A stretch of 54,568 nucleotides of DNA, the filler included, from Catajapyx aquilonaris (taxonomy: Eukaryota): the NCBI GenBank assembly GCA_000934665.2. It is 2 parts of 2 records of this genome, joined end to end, with 100 filler letters (N's around TTAATTAATTAA, not from the genome) between each part and the next. Parts side by side here need not be neighbours in the genome. Positions count along the whole stretch, not along the records: positions 27,354 to 54,568 come from KZ539284.1; 1 more part is not named here. The stretch is one strand, 5' to 3'. Under the pieces are notes generated by a model that worked only from the letters and a program-made list of their open reading frames with translations, was not told the DNA's origin and searched no databases. A program made the position numbers and the translations under genes. Below are positions 50,427-54,568 of this stretch, piece after piece (position 1 is the first letter of the stretch; each line of letters starts with the position of its first letter).

Positions 50427-50771
50427 ATGACACTTTCCCTGGACGATGAGAATGTGGAGCAAGCATTAAAAGAAAAAATATCGGAGATGTATCAAGAGAT
50501 GCGTCTAATCTTCAGAGAAGATGTCTTCGAAGTACTGAAAACGGAAGGTACTAAGCGTCGCGGTGTCCTTCAATACATGAAAGGAACGCTCACTAAGATA
50601 GGCGAGTCCATCATGGACATCGTATCGCCCTACCACAAGGGTAAAATGGTCCGGATCGAAGAGGAGAGAGAATATGAGTTTGACTCTCTGATGATGAACT
50701 ACCGTTGTTGTACTCTCTCCCTGATTAGCCTGATCGAAGGAGACATGTATTCTCTACTGTGGCCTGAGTAA
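50427..50771 (+). CDS. Gene B exon (MTLSLDDENVEQALKEK...YSLLWPE), terminal or spliced at GA|GTAAGT
   Basis: Acceptor CCTTTTGGACAG, 114 open codons with protein-like composition; TAA at 50769-71 overlaps a consensus donor at 50768. Confidence 0.7.
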   Translation: MTLSLDDENVEQALKEKISEMYQEMRLIFREDVFEVLKTEGTKRRGVLQYMKGTLTKIGESIMDIVSPYHKGKMVRIEEEREYEFDSLMMNYRCCTLSLISLIEGDMYSLLWPE

Positions 50772-51214
50772 GTCATACCGGTCATACCCATAATATATTG
50801 GAAGTTCTTGAGTTGATCGTTGTGAAAAATTCCTGTGCGTAAAGATTGACATTAGAGTCGTGTTAAAAGTTTTAAATTAATTGGCTGCTCATTCAACTTC
50901 TGCAATTTTATTTTCTCACACACTGAGGTGTATCAATGACACAATGAGGCATTACCGCCAAGAACACTATACTCAAAATTAAGGGTATAGGATCAAACCA
51001 AGTTGTGTTCTAATGTCTCTCTTAGATGCACCATGATCTTCCTCTTTACAACCTTCACCAAAGTAGAAAATGAGGATTTTAAAAGCAATTCTTTACTATC
51101 AAGGGAAAATACTTGTAAATACGTATATACTGTAGGTATACTATATAGGCATTTTGGGCCTCCTAAAATTAGATCTTCAATGTAATTATACGTCTGGATT
51201 CTCTATCTTATGTA

Positions 51215-51960
51215 CAGGGTGGGGCAAAAGTCATCGGCTGGTTTAAACGACGCAGCATGGCATAAGTAACGAACGATTATATTTTAAAAAATTGCACTAC
51301 ACAGAGAAAGATATGCCATTTATGTATCAAGTTCCAAAAAAAGTCAATAATTCTTGAAAACAACACCGGATAGATGTCCACCTTTGCGGGCAACACATAT
51401 TCCTCCAAACGCCGGACGAAACCCTTCATAACGCACTCCAGGATGTCCAGGGAAATGTTTCTCACGGCATGTCTTATCTGATCCTTAAGATCAGCCAATG
51501 ACTGTGATGAGGACGTGTGGCGAACACCAAACTCTTCAGGTACCCTCACAAGAAGAAGTCGGGGGTGGTCAAATCCGGCGACCGCGACGGCCAAGGAATG
51601 TCCCCAAATCTCGAAATGACCCTCCCAGGAAACACTTGACTTTGAATTTGTTCGGTGTTCGCCACACGTCCTCAGTCATTGGCTGATCTTAAGGATCAGA
51701 TGAGACACGCTGTGAGAAACATTTCCCTGGACATGCTGGAGCACGTTATGAAGGGTTTCGTCCGGCGTTTGGAGGAATATGTGTTGCCAGCAAAGGTGGA
51801 CGTCTATCCGGTGTTGTTTTCAAGAAGTGACTTTTTTAGATCTTGATCCATAAATGGCATATCTTTCTCTGTGTAGTGCAATTTAAAAATATATATAATC
51901 GTTCGCTACTTACGCCATGCTGCGTCGTTTAAACCAGCCCATGACTTTTGCCCCACCCTT
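51215..51960. mobile_element. Long fold-back derivative of an IS630/Tc1/mariner (rosa/DD41D-like) transposon
   Basis: TA|CAGGGTGGGGCAAAAGTCAT; arms of about 315 bp, each with the transposase C-terminus; spacer encodes QVFPGRVISRFGDIPWPSRSPDLTTPDFFL*GYLKS on the minus strand. Confidence 0.92.
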
Positions 51961-53098
51961 TCAAGACCAATATCTGTCTGTCCTGTTACCCGCTATGCAA
52001 ATCCATACGGAGACCTCGACATATGCCCCAGGGGAATTATTAGGAGTAGTTTTTTACTGGGAAGGTTTTTAGCACATTGGACTTGACCTCCGAGGTCATC
52101 CTTGGCCGCAGGAGGCAAAAAGGACTTTGGTACATTGGCCCCCTGTTCTAATAATGCGCATTGAGTTGTCGGGGAAACTGGGTCACATCTCCCTCTCCCC
52201 ATGCTGCCAGCACCTCCAGCCCCTTAGTGTTATTACATTTCTGCGTGGTGGCTGTGCTTTGGTCAGTGTTTTGTACTCACATTGGTTGCATACTTTGTTC
52301 CATCCGAGTTTACACAGTTACCTTGGTTACGAGACTGTTGGTGTAATTATTATAGGTAATGATCACGTTTTGTTCATAATTTAAAGAGTTCCATATCTTG
52401 CTATCCTGGTATCTTATTCTATTTTTATCCTAGACACGGTGGGACGGTCCAGCTACGGCCTCGGGGCAGGCCCAGGGTTCGAGTTGGTGCTTCAAATGTG
52501 CTCTATGCAAGAATAGCGGTTGTGGTTTGTTTGCTCAGGCAGCCAGTCGGAATTTTCTTGGCGTACTTTTTATGGCGTACCTTTTCCTCTACGTACTGTG
52601 TTATGTAGTTTTTGTCGGAATTCTCCTTTTCCGAACTGTGTTACGTTCGTTGTGTGTCATGTAGTTTTCAATCGTTTTGCATTTGTGTGTTTTTCCCCCA
52701 CTCTAAATTTAAAAGCTCGCTTTTCGCTCGAATAGAGTCGAAATTCCGCTCTTTTGAACATGAATTTTTGCCTTGTACTTTTAGAGCGGTATTAACTCTG
52801 TCAAAAGAGTGGCCACCTTCCGCTCTTTTTTCGAGCCTAAATGAGTCCTTTCGAGCTATTTCACTATAATATATTTCACTATTTTAAGCTTCATTTTCGC
52901 ACTTTGAAGGAGCTATTATATTAATGTAAATACAGTGTTTTCCTAATTGCGTTCGTACGAAATTTCCTTTATGCATATTTTGGAAGACATCTGGCGGCAT
53001 CGGCACCTCCTTTTCTTAGAGATAGCCACTCAGTTCTTCAACGGTTAGTGTGCTGGTGAGGTTCTCCATTGTATTTCTCGCCCAAATACAATATCGCC

Positions 53099-53248
53099 GC
53101 AGCCAGGGGGTTAACCACTTCGGAACTCCGGTGTACACCTGCAGTGGTACTCTTAGGTACAGTACCTACTCCTTAGGTACCTTACTCTTTGGTACTCCTT
53201 GGTACTCCAGTGTACACTTTACAGTCGAGTGGTTAACCCCTTGGCTGC
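53099..53248. mobile_element. piggyBac-like TTAA-bounded MITE within a larger inverted repeat
   Basis: GCAGCCAGGGGG-TTAA-CCACT...AGTGG-TTAA-CCCCTTGGCTGC; internal TACTC(C)TT(A)GG tandem units. Confidence 0.7.
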
Positions 53249-53872
53249 AGCTCGTATAGCAGACCACCACTCGGCCTCACGCCCGACAAACTGATACAGG
53301 AATGCCTGTGAGCTGTGACCCTCCCTGACATACCTTTTATCCCCCGTCCTTCCCAAAAATAAACCAGTTGGCCAGTCTCGCACCTCCTTCCCCCAAAGAA
53401 TGTGGGTGACCCAGGTGCATTCCCTCGATGGCTGTTGCAATTTCGCTCTTTTGAGAGTGACCGCGACGTTGGCTCAATCATCGAGCTGTTTTGGCTCGCA
53501 TTAGAGTGTGATACATTCTAAAGGAATGCATTGTTAGAAAAAACCGCTCTAAAAGAGTCACCTGGCTCACCGCTCTTTTTTCGAGTCGAATTTCCGCTAT
53601 TTTGGACCTCCACATTCGCAATGTATTTTCAAAAGACGTTATGGGATGTGGTTTAACGTGTTTAACGTGTGGTATAAGGGTAGCCTATAAAGGTACAAGG
53701 TATTTAAGGTGTATAAGGTGAGGTATAATGGACTAATGGTATTACTTGTATAAGGTGTGGCATAATGTGGTATACGTCCTGTGTCATTTAGTTTTCAAAC
53801 TTTTTGCATTTGTTTTTTTCTCACTTTGTAACGTTTGGACCTCCATATTCTCAACATCCCACCGACTTTAAG

Positions 53873-54568
53873 ATGGGCCCAAAAAAACGTAGTAGCATTG
53901 GCAGAAGCTCATCGGATACACACAGAGTTCGGCAAAGGAGGGACCAAGAGACTGAGGAAGAACACAAAGCACGTCTCCACTCTATGAGAAACGCAGCTCC
54001 ATTTTCATCTACCCGCTTCCTAAATGCAGCTTTCCACTACTCAGCAGACATGGACTATTCTTCTGTCGATGTTGTTGCAATTGGTTCTATGTCAGAGGTA
54101 TGCCAACATTGTCTGGCAAAGAAGTGGAAGGGTGAAACAAAAACGATCTGTTGCTCCAATGGAAAGGTTAGCCTTCCTCTCCTGGCTGAGTCTCCACAGC
54201 TACTTAAAATGCTCCTCTTAGGTACATCACCTATAATTCAAAACATTTCCTGAAGACCATCAGAAATTACCATTCGGCCTTCCAGATGACATGTTTTGGG
54301 GCCAACGTTGTAAGAGAAGGGGGCTTCATGCCTACATTCAAAGTGCAAGGGCAAATTTACCATCCATGGGATCACTCCTTCCTTCAGAAAATCAGAGTCC
54401 GCGGTTTCTGCAACTTTACTTCGTGGGGAACATGCAACACCAGGCGGAATACCTTTGCACCTACTTAAACGGCACACGCCTCCACATCACACTGCAACTT
54501 CAGGAGATGATCCATTCCACTCACACGTTTACGTCAATAGCTTCAAGCTTGCACTTGAGAGTCCTCCT
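53873..54568 (+). pseudogene. Helitron Rep/helicase N-terminal region, frameshifted, runs off the window
   Basis: AAFHY...IGSMSEVCQHCLAKKWKGETKTICCSNGKVSLP, then after a frameshift near 54235 SKHFLKTIRNYHSAFQMTCFGANVVREGGFMPTFKVQGQIYH, then after another GSLLP...FLQLYF. These are hallmark Helitron motifs. Confidence 0.93.

Noticed and set aside
53140..53215. CRISPR-like short repeats
   Set aside because: Degenerate tandem units without unique spacers, no cas genes, eukaryotic context.

Overview
AT-rich, gapped draft assembly of a eukaryotic (animal, probably arthropod; inferred from SINE types, a TCAGTC initiator and CAAAATG start contexts) region. There is no prokaryotic gene architecture, rRNA or CRISPR array, and most ORFs in the track are noise. 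Transposon debris dominates: three families of tRNA-headed SINEs (several with clean target-site duplications), about ten TIR MITEs and fold-back palindromes (Tc1/mariner, pogo/Tigger, PIF/Harbinger, piggyBac-like), LINE remnants and a frameshifted Helitron Rep gene at the right edge. Reading splice signals reveals two candidate spliced genes that the ORF track does not assemble. (A) A promoter, uORF and first exon encoding a signal peptide (22197-22281). (B) A phase-consistent exon chain of about 390 codons (44375-50771) for a protein I do not recognise, with an uncertain middle and a possible in-frame TGA. Other notable items are a 750-bp fold-back built from a transposase 3' end, three degenerate hammerhead-ribozyme-like motifs, and a Harbinger element carrying an exon-like cargo. 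I ran no database searches, so family names come from motif recognition only.
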